DNA of 63,999 nucleotides, counting the filler, from Phoronis australis (lineage: Eukaryota > Animalia > Phoronida): assembly GCA_002633005.1 (NCBI GenBank). It is 9 parts of 9 records of this genome, joined end to end, with 100 filler letters (N's around TTAATTAATTAA, not from the genome) between each part and the next. Parts side by side here need not be neighbours in the genome. Positions count along the whole stretch, not along the records: positions 46,877 to 50,541 come from NMRA01002907.1; positions 50,642 to 54,299 come from NMRA01002909.1; positions 54,400 to 57,086 come from NMRA01003497.1; positions 57,187 to 62,791 come from NMRA01002302.1; 5 more parts are not named here. One strand, given 5' to 3'. Below, piece by piece: positions 50,011-62,791 of the stretch; the stretch's first letter is position 1, and every line of letters begins with the position of its first letter. The notes under the pieces were generated by a model. The model was not told where the DNA came from, ran no database searches, and was given only the letters and a program-made list of their open reading frames with translations. The translations under genes and the position numbers were made by a program.

Positions 50011-50225
50011 GAAAGAAGTCGAACGATAACCTGTCTCTAGGCTATGTGCCAAGTGTTTCCTCACACTTCTACACATTTGTCAAGTTGAGAAGTGAAAACA
50101 AGCCCTCACTGCTTTCAAACGAAGGTGTAACTCGTCCAAGCGTCGCCAAGAAAAGAAAAAGAGGAATGTTGTAAACGTGCTCTAAGACGTTTCCCGAAAT
50201 GATGATGAGAGTGATGACAATGCAT
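50011..50225 (+). pseudogene. THAP C-terminal exon relic of the macrosatellite's parent transposon
   Basis: TTTTTATAG| then GKKSNDNLSLGYVPSV; later KKKRNVVNVL*DVSRNDDES parallels KKKKDVAKVLLDLTQNDDE in the units. Confidence 0.55.
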
Positions 50226-50541
50226 TCTGAATTTTTATTGAATAACTATATCAAATGGCACCAAAGACCTAATTAATTCCTATGATGTATAACTTTGGAG
50301 GAATACTCAACTGTAATCCTCACAGCAATGGTAAGGGACCCAGGTTCTAAAATCTGTGTGTTGAATTATTGAACTTATGTCCAGGTCCGCTTCCATTTTT
50401 GAGTTACTAGTACACCGCGTTATTATTCGCATTTTGGTGATAAACAGTACTTTTTAAACCTGTGTTATGGTGCATTCCACAGTATTGGTTTTGTTACAGA
50501 TGTGACATTCAGACACTTTAAATTCCAATATAAAATTAGTG

Positions 50542-50641
50542 NNNNNNNNNNNNNNNNNNNNNNNNNNNNNNNNNNNNNNNNNNNNTTAATTAATTAANNN
50601 NNNNNNNNNNNNNNNNNNNNNNNNNNNNNNNNNNNNNNNNN
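50542..50641. other. Artificial contig spacer
   Basis: N44-TTAATTAATTAA-N44. Confidence 0.97.
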
Positions 50642-50980
50642 GGAGAGGATGTGGTGCGTGACAATGGTTCCACGTCAAACAGAGATGGCTCACAAGGGTT
50701 GCCGTACAAGCCAAACCTAAAAAAGAAATTGCGACTTCGAATAACATTTCAAAAGTTTAAACCTGTTCACTAACTCGAAACTGACCCAAGACCTAATATA
50801 AGATTCACAGTCTGTAATGATTTGAAATAATTTGCATTTTAATTAACTCATTATAATAGTAAATAATAATTTGGCAACTAGTAAAACACAAGATCAATTA
50901 TACAGAATGCCATAGACGCAGGTGACAGATGCTTATATGAAAATCAAATAAGTGAAAAATACCGAAAAAGTCAAGCTGAC

Positions 50981-51235
50981 CTCGTTCTTAACACAGCATG
51001 AAGATCTGTCATCCGCTCAGCATAAGCAGTCGACATGGCTGACAGTAAACCAGCGCACGCCTCAGCTGTGCGACCGACATCCAGGCTCTTCACGTGATTG
51101 AGCAGAGTGAAGAACCAACGCACAGCACCAGCAGAGCGTGCAGCCAGAACCCCAGGCAGGCATACCAGGAGGGCCTGCAGTAAACTGCGATTGAACAATG
51201 GGGCAGCCTCCTTGTCAGGGGAATTCCACATGAAC
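50981..51235 (-). CDS. BIRC6: BIRC6 (BRUCE/Apollon) internal exon, 4th in this piece
   Basis: CACAG|...|GTCAGC, 255 nt; LLQALL...GAVRWFFTLLNHVK..ACAGLLSAMS...RMTDLHAVLRTR resembles BIRC6 central region. Confidence 0.85.
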
Positions 51236-51534
51236 CTGTGCAGAAAATTACGCAAAAGTTTCTTGAAGTTCAAAAAAAAAAATTTACTGAAACTGTTATT
51301 TTACATTTTCCAAACAGGCTTATGTACTCCAGGGCTCACAATGGCCAGTAATTCACTGTGTGTTTAATGTTACCTGTACAAACTCTGCTAATAATTATGA
51401 TGAAACTGTCATTGTATCAAACCCACAGCAAACAAACACCCAAGCATTGAACACGTTTTGATAATCTGAGCAGTTCTACAAGTACCCTGAGTTCCTAAGA
51501 AGGCTCGACGTCAAGTCGATTGGAGAGTACTCAC

Positions 51535-51657
51535 CGAATGCACAAGACAAGAAGTTTGGCACACTTATGAGCAACGGTGCGACCTGAGTGGATGAAGCAT
51601 GACCTAACGAGGGGAAGTAACTCCGACTGGACTGCATAGGCTGCACATGGTTTCGAG
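51535..51657 (-). CDS. BIRC6: BIRC6 internal exon, 3rd in this piece
   Basis: TTTTCAG|...|GTGAGT, 123 nt; LVRSCFIHSGRTVAHKCAKLLVLCI (frame differs from the ORF track). Confidence 0.85.
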
Positions 51658-52436
51658 CTGAAAAGATCATATCCAACAATACAACACTGTTCAAGTCAAA
51701 TGCAAAAACTATAAATAAACAGAACACACTGTGGTAAGGATTGGTTAAAAACTCCACTTAACGAACGGGTTTAACCTGGCAGTTACATACTGTGAAAAAG
51801 GTAAAAAGAAAATTTTACCGCAAACCTAGAAAACAGCTCTAAACATATTGCAGATTTGCCAACAACAGTCAAAAAACTTTCAACACATTAAACACCTATG
51901 CCAAGATACACTTATTAAAAACGCAGACATCAAACATCCAGAAATCAACGTTTATTATACTTTGAGTTCGTTGACAGCCACATGACTGCAGTTGATAAGA
52001 ACAAACAAACATGACGGCAGAGCAAAACTTTATACTTCTAACTACAGTTACTGTTAGCTCTAATTTGTCACTACAAACTGACCCCAACAATACAAATTTG
52101 TCTGTCAACTGATACCAACTCCAAATCATGTCTTAATTAACAAAACAAGAAAAAACACAAAAAACAGGCAAGATAACAATTTGCCTTCGAGCATTTTCCA
52201 TGATAAGACATGAGACTAAAAGAGTAGACAATTCCATTTTGACCAAAATTTAAATGAAACCTTTCACTACATACAAAATATACCAGGCAAGTTAGACTGA
52301 GTGGAATTTTGTTTTTAAAATTTCACCTTGACATGCTTGTCCAAACAGATTTGGCAACATTTTACGAAACGAGTTCCAGGGCTAGGTGAAACACTACTAG
52401 GAATTTCAATTTATTGACAAGCGGCAGCTGGCTCAC

Positions 52437-52613
52437 CTTTTCAATGTTTGCGGCTCGTTGACTTGAATGGCTGTGATCCAACAGAGAATGTCCAGGGCTA
52501 GGCCCTGCCGGTGGTCTAGCGATGTCACCAAGGGGAGGTCATCGTGGCGACACACAGCATGTACCAGGTTCCTGTGGAACTCGCCACTGTCCAGCATGGC
52601 CACCCTCTGAAAC
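52437..52613 (-). CDS. BIRC6: BIRC6 internal exon, 2nd in this piece
   Basis: CTACAG|...|GTGAGC, 177 nt; FQRVAMLDSGEFHRNLV...QGLALDILCWIT. Confidence 0.85.
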
Positions 52614-53568
52614 CTGTAGGTAGATATTTACATAATGTTGTCACTATGAAAAGATATACGTTATAATTGACTACAAATTGATCTTCAAATGAAGGTATAT
52701 CTTCAAGGGATAGGAGTACTGTTGAATACCCTCAAATCATTATGATTAGTGATGTCACACAGATGACAAACTTCCTCGGACCAAAGCAAACATTCACCAG
52801 CAACACATTCAATAGACAACCTAATAGATTTCTGACAACTGACATCTTACATCATGGTAACTTCACTTAGTCTGTGTGTGTATGGCACCTGCAGCAACAA
52901 TTACTACAAACGTATAGACATTGTGTTAGTCAAAGAGAGGCACTCATTTATCAAAATGATTCTTTGATGATACTGCCGTCAGTTTACTTTGTATCAGATG
53001 TCAGCAACTTCCACACTTGTACTTACTATGCACCTTCAATTTGAAAATGTTTCTAGTAATATGAATGAGGGAATTAGATACATTCTCCCACATGGCACCC
53101 ATTAAGTCATGCCCAAGTCACAAAGTCTATCAAACAGCGGCAGTAATTTAACCTTTTCATAGAAGAAATCAACGCACTTCTTACGTTCACTTGTTGGATC
53201 CTGGTGTTAGGCAATACGTAGGCAACTGTGCTAGATTAAGGTTTCTTGGGGCCTGTAACCTGTAGACAGTCTGGAGCCCTGATTATCCAACACCTTCCGG
53301 TCATCACAATTACCTTCTCTGGGGTCACTACTTCACCTCTCCTCAGTCACAGCTTTCAAGGGGACCCTATTTTGTGAGGGGGACCCTATTTTGTGCGTTG
53401 TCCTAATATTTAGCTTAGTTATCTCTATGGATAATCCAGCACTGTTTGCCAGTGTTAACATAAGGACAAAAATTAAATACGCAACTAAACCAATATGGTG
53501 ACAACTTAGGATGGGTTGCTTATGTTGAAATTATCTACACACACACTTCACCGTCCTTCTCCACATAC

Positions 53569-53837
53569 CTATTGCTGTTGGTAGGCGCTGATGTCTTACG
53601 TGGCTTGCGTATCGTCACAGAGACTTCATGCAGCCAATCACAGCCTCGGATATCCTCCAGCTTCTGGCGAGGGAGAGAAGAGACCACTTGGTCCACTGAT
53701 GGCCCTTTGGTCCCTGCCCCCGTGTAGAAAGACTCCAGATACGGTGCATTCGGGGAATTTGACTTGATCACAACCTTGGATGACGTAGCCGAGGATTTGG
53801 ATTTGTCTGCAGGTTTCTCCGTTTTGGGTTTAGTCTC
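53569..53837 (-). CDS. BIRC6: BIRC6 internal exon, 1st in this piece
   Basis: TTGTAG|...|GTATGT, 269 nt; EDIRGCDWLHEVSVTIRKPRKTS; phases chain correctly through all four exons. Confidence 0.82.
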
Positions 53838-54299
53838 CTACAAGTCAGGTGGATCATAATGGTTGTTTAAAGTTGAAGCAAACTTGTTACATGACTTTAC
53901 ATTGCATTAGGGAAATACTAGGCAATTTTATGGTGATGTATAATTGAGCTTTATGCATGTTAAAGATTGATTTAAAGCAAACAAGCCATGCATTTTAATG
54001 AAAATACTGCATTATTGTGAGGGTTTCAAGTGGTCCCTATCCTGATATCAATTAACAGAATAGAAGAGTCGAATTCACCGAAATAAAAACCACACATCAT
54101 CTATTGTTTTACATGAAATACACGTGAATGTCTTTCGGCTAGTCACAATAGAAATGAACACATCCAACTTTCTACATACCATAAATTTTTGGTTATATTT
54201 TGAATAAAATGCCAAGCTCACTTTCACCTTTTCCCGTTCCTTTTCCGTCAACAGAGCCTTGATGTGGATCAGAAATGACCTAGACATGGTTTTCAGCAA

Positions 54300-54399
54300 N
54301 NNNNNNNNNNNNNNNNNNNNNNNNNNNNNNNNNNNNNNNNNNNTTAATTAATTAANNNNNNNNNNNNNNNNNNNNNNNNNNNNNNNNNNNNNNNNNNNN
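54300..54399. other. Artificial contig spacer
   Basis: N44-TTAATTAATTAA-N44. Confidence 0.97.
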
Positions 54400-54599
54400 A
54401 TCAGTGGCATCGTCATGCATGAGGACAAGTCTTACAATACACACGTTCGTCACAGTATCGTCTTGAACAAATTCGATGCACCGTCATGACTTAAAAAAGC
54501 CCAGAAAAATCGTTTGCTGATGTTTGCCACAAATGGAACGCATTTCGTCACCGCGCGGTCTGGCTGGCTGCGGCTGAGTCCCGGCGCCAGGGCAGGATG

Positions 54600-54703
54600 A
54601 TTTCAGCATAATGACGTCATCAGAGGATTTCCCAAGCAGTCACCTTGAACTTGGTCTTGGGTACGCCATTTTTATTGAGGCCGGTGTGAATTCTTGGGTA
54701 AGA
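54600..54703 (+). promoter_or_regulatory. Probable promoter and non-coding first exon of MGST3
   Basis: Palindromic CRE ATGACGTCAT (54611-54620), YY1-type CGCCATTTT (54664-54672), donor GTAAGA at 54698; the ATG exon has its own acceptor, so an upstream exon is required. Confidence 0.5.
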
Positions 54704-55090
54704 AATTAATTTAGAGTGGTTGCGTCAGAATTTTTTCCTTTCAAATCTAAAATGGAATCCACCTGAAAAAAATTTATTGAAATTTACGATAAATGATCGT
54801 TTTTTTCTTAAGAAATTTCCGGGGTGTGTTGTTTTCAAGCAATATTCAGCTGACTATTGTCGGTCACTGGCTCACACTACAGCCTCACACCATAGCCATC
54901 CCATAGGCATAGGCTAGCCAGGCGGAACCGCGGAGGTCACGAACAAATTTCATACTCTCAACTCGGCGTGGAGTTTGCTAGGAGCTGGGTTGAACCAGCT
55001 TTGGAGGCCTACTTCAGACGGTGGCACTGTATAGCTAGGTTAGGCCCAGGTCAGGGTCACAGTTTTTTTGTGCTCAAAGCCACCTGTGCC

Positions 55091-55179
55091 CACAGGCGTC
55101 CTCAGCTTCTGATCGTCCCCAATACATATAGTATTATATGTAGTGTATTGGGGACGATCAGAAGCTGAGGACGCCTGTG
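55091..55179. mobile_element. 89-bp fully palindromic MITE with 8-bp TSD (hAT/P-type)
   Basis: 36-bp perfect inverted repeat with 17-nt spacer; CCTGTGCC on both sides (55083-55090, 55180-55187). Confidence 0.92.
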
Positions 55180-56141
55180 CCTGTGCCGTGCTCGAACCGT
55201 GGCGTGGAGTTGTCTGGGGAGACGAAAACCGTGGCCGGTACCCAACACTCCAGCAACGCCAACAGAAGGCATGCAACTCAGGGCACTTCACAATGAGCAC
55301 GGGAGTAGCAAACTGCTTGGTCACTAACTGTACCAAATTATTTGCTACAATCGTGTAAAAATTCAAGCCACTCAGATTCAACCTATTTTTGTTGTTAAAT
55401 GGGATAGAACCCTTTATTTGTAATTTTCTTTATGAGCTATGTGACTTGTTCAGGACACCACGGGACATTGGTGTTTAAACTCAGGTGCTGCAGACCAGTG
55501 AAAGATTCATCGACCGACAAATCATCTTCCACATTCATGTGAAATGACCGCGTATCTTGATTATACACATGAAGATTTGGATGATGTAGGAATTTTGAGC
55601 TGATGAAATGACAACACAAAAAAGCGTGTTTTTACTAACTGTAGAAAATTTCTACATCACCCTAAGAAATAGGAGTTCCTAGTTTATTCTTCACAATGCA
55701 AGCCTTGTCTTACATCTGCAAGATTCCCAAACTTCGGTACTAAACAAGTGAGTGTATGAATAACTAGATCGATTCATGGTGCAGATCCTGTAAATTGCTT
55801 ATTGACTCTTCAGTGTAAGAATCATATTACAACTATAGGAATTAACTGAGAGTGGCAGTAATTGGATCACTTCTTTTAAAATTCTTAAGATGAAATAAAC
55901 GGTTATCTAGTTAGGATGGCAAATCTGACAGTTACACTGTCCACGGACAAGTGGGCTGTTGCCGCTGTTGATCACTCAAAACCCCCAGCACAAGAAGACT
56001 TCTCCATTTACATCTGCTGCCCTCTCTTAATTTTTGAGCAGTGGAGAACCCTGTAACCATTTCATTTTCTTGTACAGTTGCAGTACTTGTTGAATGAGAA
56101 CAATTAACTCACTCCAATACTTTGTTTTGTCCCAGGGAACA

Positions 56142-56279
56142 ATGGGAGCTGTGTCCAAATTTGCTGAAGTTTTGCCAGAAGGCTATGGCGGAGTGATCCT
56201 GACTGGAGTTGGCAGCGTGTTTGTCAATATGTGGCTTGCCATCAATGTGGGCAAAGCCAGGAAGCAGCATGAGGTCAAG
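56142..56279 (+). CDS. MGST3: Microsomal glutathione S-transferase 3 (MAPEG family), first coding exon
   Basis: MGAVSKFAEVLPEGYGGVILTGVGSVFVNMWLAINVGKARKQHEVK; acceptor CCCAG| at 56135, donor GTAAGT at 56280. Confidence 0.9.
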
Positions 56280-56952
56280 GTAAGTCTGTCCTTTGCAGTA
56301 CCTACCTGGTCAGCAAGGTAACGCTTTCCTAATACTTGGATGTGTTCCCAGTCTTGTAACAACTTCTCAGGAACAACCCTGATAAAACTTTTGAGAGAAT
56401 GTTATAGTAATGTATTGTAGTAATGCTTAGGTCATAAAGACAAAATTTATCAACTGTATCGCTGTACATGTACAAATATGCTTTTCATTCATACACAACC
56501 AGAGCAGTTTCTAGTGAGAACACAGTTTCAAAGATTTTTTTGGCCTCGCGTGTCTGCAGAACACACGCAGGTGAAATGTTGATCTGTGTAGCTGCTTGAA
56601 AGTTGGATGTGCCGAGATCAGTGCAAGTAGGTGACGTGAGTTACCTGCATGGATTTTTGAAAGGTCGTGAACTTTGCTTTCAAAATATTGATCTATGGCT
56701 TAAAAGTCCTGAGTCATGTTTACATTTTTTAAGCCATGTTTTGTATAAAGGCCCAGTCTACGCCCACTTTTGTTAGGATTGTTATGTGACTGGGCGGGCA
56801 GGGCTGTTGTAAAGCGACTCCAAGATCATGAATATGGTCAGTCGTGTTTGTACTCTGTGTTACATTTGGAAAATGTTCGTAAGTTTCTCTGCTTTGCATG
56901 TTATGCAAAAACAAAAGATGAAATCATCTGTTGGATGTCTGTTTACTTCCAG

Positions 56953-57017
56953 CTGCCCATTATGTATCACCCTACCAACATGGAGTTCAACTGTATCCAG
57001 AGGGCTCATCAGAACTA
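56953..57017 (+). CDS. MGST3: MGST3 second coding exon; gene cut by spacer
   Basis: TTCCAG| LPIMYHPTNMEFNCIQRAHQN then TA|GTACGT; FNCIQRAHQN is the MGST3 signature. Confidence 0.9.
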
Positions 57018-57086
57018 GTACGTGTCTCTGTTTTAACCAATCTTTTTACAATTGCTCCAAGGGTTGTCGTCCACCTTGAAATTTGG

Positions 57087-57186
57087 NNNNNNNNNNNNNN
57101 NNNNNNNNNNNNNNNNNNNNNNNNNNNNNNTTAATTAATTAANNNNNNNNNNNNNNNNNNNNNNNNNNNNNNNNNNNNNNNNNNNN
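57087..57186. other. Artificial contig spacer
   Basis: N44-TTAATTAATTAA-N44. Confidence 0.97.
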
Positions 57187-58138
57187 ACAGTTGTCTTGGG
57201 AATGAACATGTAGTCCAACATTGATAGCATTCACAATACTTGTGAGCATAGAATGTGGACAGTCCATCTGGAATTACATAAAATTCTAGTTGTGCGCCAG
57301 AACTGTATCACAGAATCAGGGAACTCAAACCTCAGTCAAATTTCAGGATTTAGTGTAAAATTTCGCCACCTTAAGACACGATGTGATGGACAAGAGAAAT
57401 CTTATTTCTCGTTTTCCATGAAAGACAGATAGCTTCTGTACCATAGTCACCACCCGACAATATTTAGAAAAACTGTGCGCATTTATGTCAAGTGAACGTT
57501 AAAAGCCTTTACAAATGAAAAAAAGAAAAACTTCGGCAATAACGTATGGTTATCGTGGTTACATTTAATAGGGTTAGTAGTGATTTTGGTATGTGGACAG
57601 TTTTCAAACTTATTCCGTGGGTAACAACTGAATGGCAAAAAATTTTGTATAAAAATGAGTAGCATCAGATGACCGCTTCATCACACCATAAGCTACCATC
57701 TGAGATAATGTTTTAAGAAACTGGAATATTATAACGATAGAAGCCTTTGACAAACGAAAAACCATCAATTTTGGAAATCAATTTTCTCTGAAACTGGTGA
57801 CATTGAACAGTAACAGACATATTGCTATTAAGAAGTGACCACAAGCCTACAGGCCCATCAGTTCATTTGTTACCCAAAAATCATATCTAAACTAAGCAAG
57901 AGATGAAGTTGATAAGTAAATGTTTTGACACAAAAAATTTCCCATAACTGCTACGTCGCTTAATAATAAAAAAGAAAAACAAGTGCCTAGTCTTACTACA
58001 GACTGTTACAGACACATTTCAACAATTACCTTCATGTTGTCATTCTAATCAAGACTCGAAACTAAGAAGGGAATGATTAACAGACACATGCCTGAGTTTT
58101 CGGCGTCACGATTTCCGCAAAAACGACGCACACGACTT

Positions 58139-58806
58139 TCAGATCTGCAGGACCAATCCAGCTGAAGATATGTTGTCGCCTCCACCACCTGTCTGAATCA
58201 CTTTGGTGCACACCAGAACGGGTGCTATGCACACTGTGTAGTCTCCTTCCTCCCAACACGTCACTGGCCTTTCCGGCTTCAATGGCATCCTGGCGCTACC
58301 TTTTTCACGACTCAATGAGAACGACTCGTCCATAATCATTTTCACAGACTCTACATCCACCTGTTGCGACCCGCACACATGGCGGCTGGCTGTGAGAGAT
58401 GCCTTCGCTGCAGCCGACATGGTGTTCTTCCATGCCGATCCCTTTGTGATCATCACAGCCTGGTAGGCTAGCGTGTGTACGTGTAATCGCGTCAGCTTCC
58501 TCTGACCATTCACTTCCTGAGTCGTCCGCAAGTATTTATACACGAGTCGCATCTGGTCCAGGACGGTGGCAACACGCGGGTAAGCGTCTGAGATCAAAGT
58601 TATCGTCCCATTGGTCAACATACTGTACAGGTTAGGAAGCTCCTGCTCGTTCATGCCTAGTGAATCGGCATACGGCACGACCTTATCCACTATGTCTTGA
58701 AAAAGCGCCTCTTCGGCGAACGACGCTAACTCAAAGTGGACGGGAGTTTTGCGTGGAACACTCTTCAAGAATTGCACTAAACGACCCAGTCTGGCGTCTT
58801 TTTGCC
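58139..58806 (-). CDS. ADPGK: ADP-dependent glucokinase, last exon
   Basis: TTCCAG| acceptor; VHFELAS, DSLGMNEQEL, LTRLHVHTL, PVLVC...TGGGGDNIS; TGA at 58139-58141. Confidence 0.93.
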
Positions 58807-61281
58807 CTGGAAGCAAACAAGCAAACTAGTTAACATTCATGACGAGAATCAGTCTTGTGACGGGCCAGTATTGAACCAGCGGTATGGCTGAACTACACAA
58901 CAACTGCATTGCCATCCCATCACAACCGAAGCCTTGATATTGATTTGGTTGGGTAATGGAGAAAGAGTCCTTTTTTACAAACCGACTAGACCTTGCTACG
59001 TGCCAACCAAAGGAGGCGGCCATTCTTAAGCTGCCATTCAGTGATTACCCAACTTGTCTCCAGTAAGGTGCTGAAAGCATAAGGTATCCCAATGGTGTTT
59101 ATCGTAATCTATTGTGCCAGGGGTACGCCACGAGCTAAGTTGCAGAGTAAAACACGAGGAGGATTGTGAATAATGTCATTTATTATGACGTAAATAAAGA
59201 GAACTAAATAAGACTCTGCAAGTTGGAATTTAGTTTAGCACTAGCGAAAAGGGAGATAACTCTATTACAGAGGGTGAATTGATTAATCTATGAATTCATA
59301 CAGTAAGACAGGCAGCATCACTCGGTGAACTTCGACCTTGTCACTAATTTGTGACTTTCTGGTTTCTTAGGTTAGTGTTAACTCCTTGTAACACGTCAGT
59401 CAGATTCAGGAGTCTTTTCACCTATTTCTGATACGTGCAGTACTCTCAAGCACTCACTATGATTGACAACTGTCATTAAACATCCTGAGCCTATGATCCT
59501 ATCTCAGAGCTCGAACTCTAAATAATAATTTCATATTTTTTGTTCTACCCATTCGGAAGAACATAATAAAGTGGCATAGAACGTGAAAAAAGACTAAATT
59601 GCGTTATTCAAAGTAGTTCTCTGCCACTGAAACACAAGTCAAACTGTTCACCAGGTATTTTTCTGGTTAGATCATAAATATTTTGAATTTCTGTTGATGT
59701 CAAAGCATTTTCCCCTTGATTTCAAATTTCTGAAAACAGTAAGTCAATTGCTCATTACTTTGTTGATTTTTCTCCCACATGGCAAAGCACGTGTCCTTAT
59801 TTGGTATGGCAAGACAACACATTCGTCCTCGGCTATAAGAAAAATGTGACCTTTGACCGTTTAGGTAAACAAAACAACGACAATTTCAAGCAGCAGTCAA
59901 TCCGATTTCCTTGAGCCTATACGCAGATTCATAGAATTAGGGGAGGAGAATTTGAAAACTGTATTGGTGAGTTTTACTTTGCCTGCGTTTCAAAAATAGT
60001 GAACCTGATGATTTTTTAGAAATTCTTGTAAAGTATTCAAAGTGAATAACTGTTGCATTAGCATCCCCAAGAAGTAGATTCACCACGATCTGTTAAAAGC
60101 TATTTTGACGAGTTGCATGCCTCTTTAAGGTAAGTGTCAATAATTGTGTGATCTAATAACTACATTATGGTTGCCATGGATACATATCCAATCCCAGTTT
60201 GCACTTGATAACCTCCAACCATAAAGTTATAATTTTGAGTCTGATCATGAGTTCATAGCTCGGGGTCATCTAGTGCAAACTTGCATTAGAAACTCATTTG
60301 TGTGTTCAATAACGTACTTGAGCACACACTCGTATATCAAGTTCAATCTTAGGTAGAACAAAGAGTTTTAAACACAAGTTTGAGTTCAGAGATAAGACAT
60401 CAGCTCTGTTAAAATAGGCTCCAGGCCTACATGAGCATGTCCAGTCATATACATACACAACTTATTCATAATGTTCTTATTCACCTGTCAGCACTAAACA
60501 ATTCAAAACTTGAAGACCAATTATACATCATCACTAGCAAGATTTGACCGGTTAGAACTGGTTCTGAAAGCATGAGATGCCTGGGATATGGTGTAGACGT
60601 ACTGAATAGTCTTTGCATGTGTATATTTCTGTATCACTGACACGATTAGCATATTAATTTAATAAAACATTCCCGTGAAAATATCAAAAAAACATGTCAT
60701 GAAATAAATTGAATGCGGTTGCTTGAAGCATCATTTTTGTGAGAATAAACACATATTTGTTCACAAGTCTTCGGCAACAATCTGATTTTAAATCCCTATT
60801 TGCATGCAGGAATGTCTAAATAGTAATGCTATTTTTGCATACTACCTGCATCAATCTGTAGTATAATTTATCAATGTGAAATATATGTTCTGAAAAGTAA
60901 ATGCCCTTTACACAAATGATGGCCCTCGCCGGCACACATAACCCGCACCATTCAGTGTTATTCCTGAGCAACGTGTTACAAAGCTTTCTGGACAAGTGTC
61001 TGTGACTCGAGGCTGATCATCTTCCTCACAAAACTCTTAAAACATACATGCCACATTATATTCACAACATACTAGTAACATTGTATTTCTAACTGGTTTG
61101 GGCAAATAATAACATAATAGCAGGCAAATTCCACTTTAAAAGGATACCAAATCCTGTTTTGATGATTTCAACCAATTCTCGTTCTGTCGCCTGCTAATGC
61201 ATCGTTGGCGTTAACCTCGAAAGATAAAGGCAAGAATCAACTAAAAACTCATACTCCCAATCTCATAAATTGGATATTACG

Positions 61282-61353
61282 GTCCTTGGTGGGTGGTCTC
61301 TTCCCACAGTTGCCGTGTCCTTGGTGGGTGGTCTCTTCCCACAGTTGCCGTGT
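61282..61353 (+). repeat. Perfect tandem duplication, 35-bp period
   Basis: GTCCTTGGTGGGTGGTCTCTTCCCACAGTTGCCGT twice. Confidence 0.95.
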
Positions 61354-61562
61354 AATTTGCTAAAAGCATAGGTCATGCTTGCCCATTTAGCAAATTTTGA
61401 AAGGAGTTTTCAAATTTTCCTCCAAACTTTTGAGGGTTGTCAAGGGTTACAGAGCATCGTTTCAGGGAACTAGATGGGAAAGTCGTTTTTAATGTTCTGT
61501 TAATATACAAAAACCGGGTTTGGTATCCATTTAATAGAAGCCTGTGATCCGCAGATACTCAC

Positions 61563-61699
61563 CTTCCTTAAATGGAAAATTGTCCATCATTTGTAGACCC
61601 CCAAGCACAAACAAAGATGGCTGGAAGGTCAACATCTGTGCTTCAAATTCTTCAAGCGAAGTCAGAAGTGGGTTCTCCTTGTCACTGTGTATGATGAGT
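61563..61699 (-). CDS. ADPGK: ADPGK penultimate exon
   Basis: TTTTCTAG| LIIHSDKENP..SLEEF...FQPSLFVLGGLQMMDNFPFKE G|GTGAGT; phase matches the last exon. Confidence 0.88.
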
Positions 61700-61812
61700 C
61701 TAGAAAAACGTACGATGAGTCTAGTAAAACATAATGTTGAGACCAGGGAAACGTGATGAGTCTGGAAAAACACACGAGTCTAGAAAAATGTATCAAAGAT
61801 TCTAGAAAAACA
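61692..61812 (-). repeat. ~20-bp minisatellite copying the ADPGK splice acceptor
   Basis: Plus-strand GATGAGTCTAGAAAAAC-like units at ~61693, 61714, 61755, 61775, 61798. Confidence 0.8.
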
Positions 61813-62791
61813 ATCAGGAGTTTCATGGGTCTGTTTCAAGAAGAATGTCTTAAAAGACCTAAGACAGAAATTTGGTCTTACGCTTCACAGATTTATTTAT
61901 AAAAATAGTTAGATCTCACAAGTGCGAAAGTTCTAAGCCTCTGAGAAGATAAACACAAGTGCTTGTTACCAAGACAACTTCTATAAATTATTTCTAGACT
62001 GTGACGCACTCATAGTCCTACAGTGTTGTTTATCATGGCTTCTCATTGGTTAAAGTAATGAAACCGACGTCATACTATTCAGTCATTCCCAATGGTTGAA
62101 ATTTGGAAAACCCCTTTCAGTTCACTGTTACGTAGTGAGGCGACCACTTTTGACTTAATTGAATAGCTGCAACTTATTAAAACGGGCAGTGATTGAAGTA
62201 AACAAAATCAAGGGAACCTCAATCCCGTGGCAAAGCCCAAACAAGTACAGTGCATTGAAGGCGAGTGCAAATGATGGCGATGTGATCAATAAACTTCAGA
62301 CCAAGCATGCCCAACACACGGAATTCCGTGAGTCGTTCACCATGTTTCCACAGGGCCACTTTTCAGTATAGGTGGCGCTGTGTCAGAGGGTAACATAATC
62401 CAACTAATTCTAACTGATGTGAGTATCACGACTGTAAACATCACAGTAAATTCTTGCGTGGGGCTTATCAGTGGGGAGACCCAACATGGCAAAATGTTAT
62501 CATGATGACACTAGAAAAGATTACCACCTTGTACTTCTCACATGAGGCTAATTAGGGATCTAGTGACGGAATGTCAAATGGAGAGACAGTCAATTATGGT
62601 TAAGGTTTGTAGGACCTTATTGACAGCTCACCCTATTTAGCTAAATATTTACATAACTAAAGTTGATATTTTCTGAAAGTAGTAAGGTTGTAGAAAGTTG
62701 GTTTATGACTTTTTACTGATCTATAATTAACTGGGTCAGGTAATCATGTCTTTTTGGTAAAATTTACCAAAGAAGAACGGTACATGGATAG

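Noticed and set aside
51476-51757. 93-aa ORF as an independent gene
   Set aside because: Overlaps a BIRC6 exon in a different frame
57016-57018. Premature TAG stop in MGST3 shown by the ORF track
   Set aside because: TA|GT is a phase-2 splice donor, so the codon is completed by the next exon
50642-62791. BIRC6-MGST3-ADPGK gene cluster
   Set aside because: Each gene is on a separate piece divided by artificial spacers
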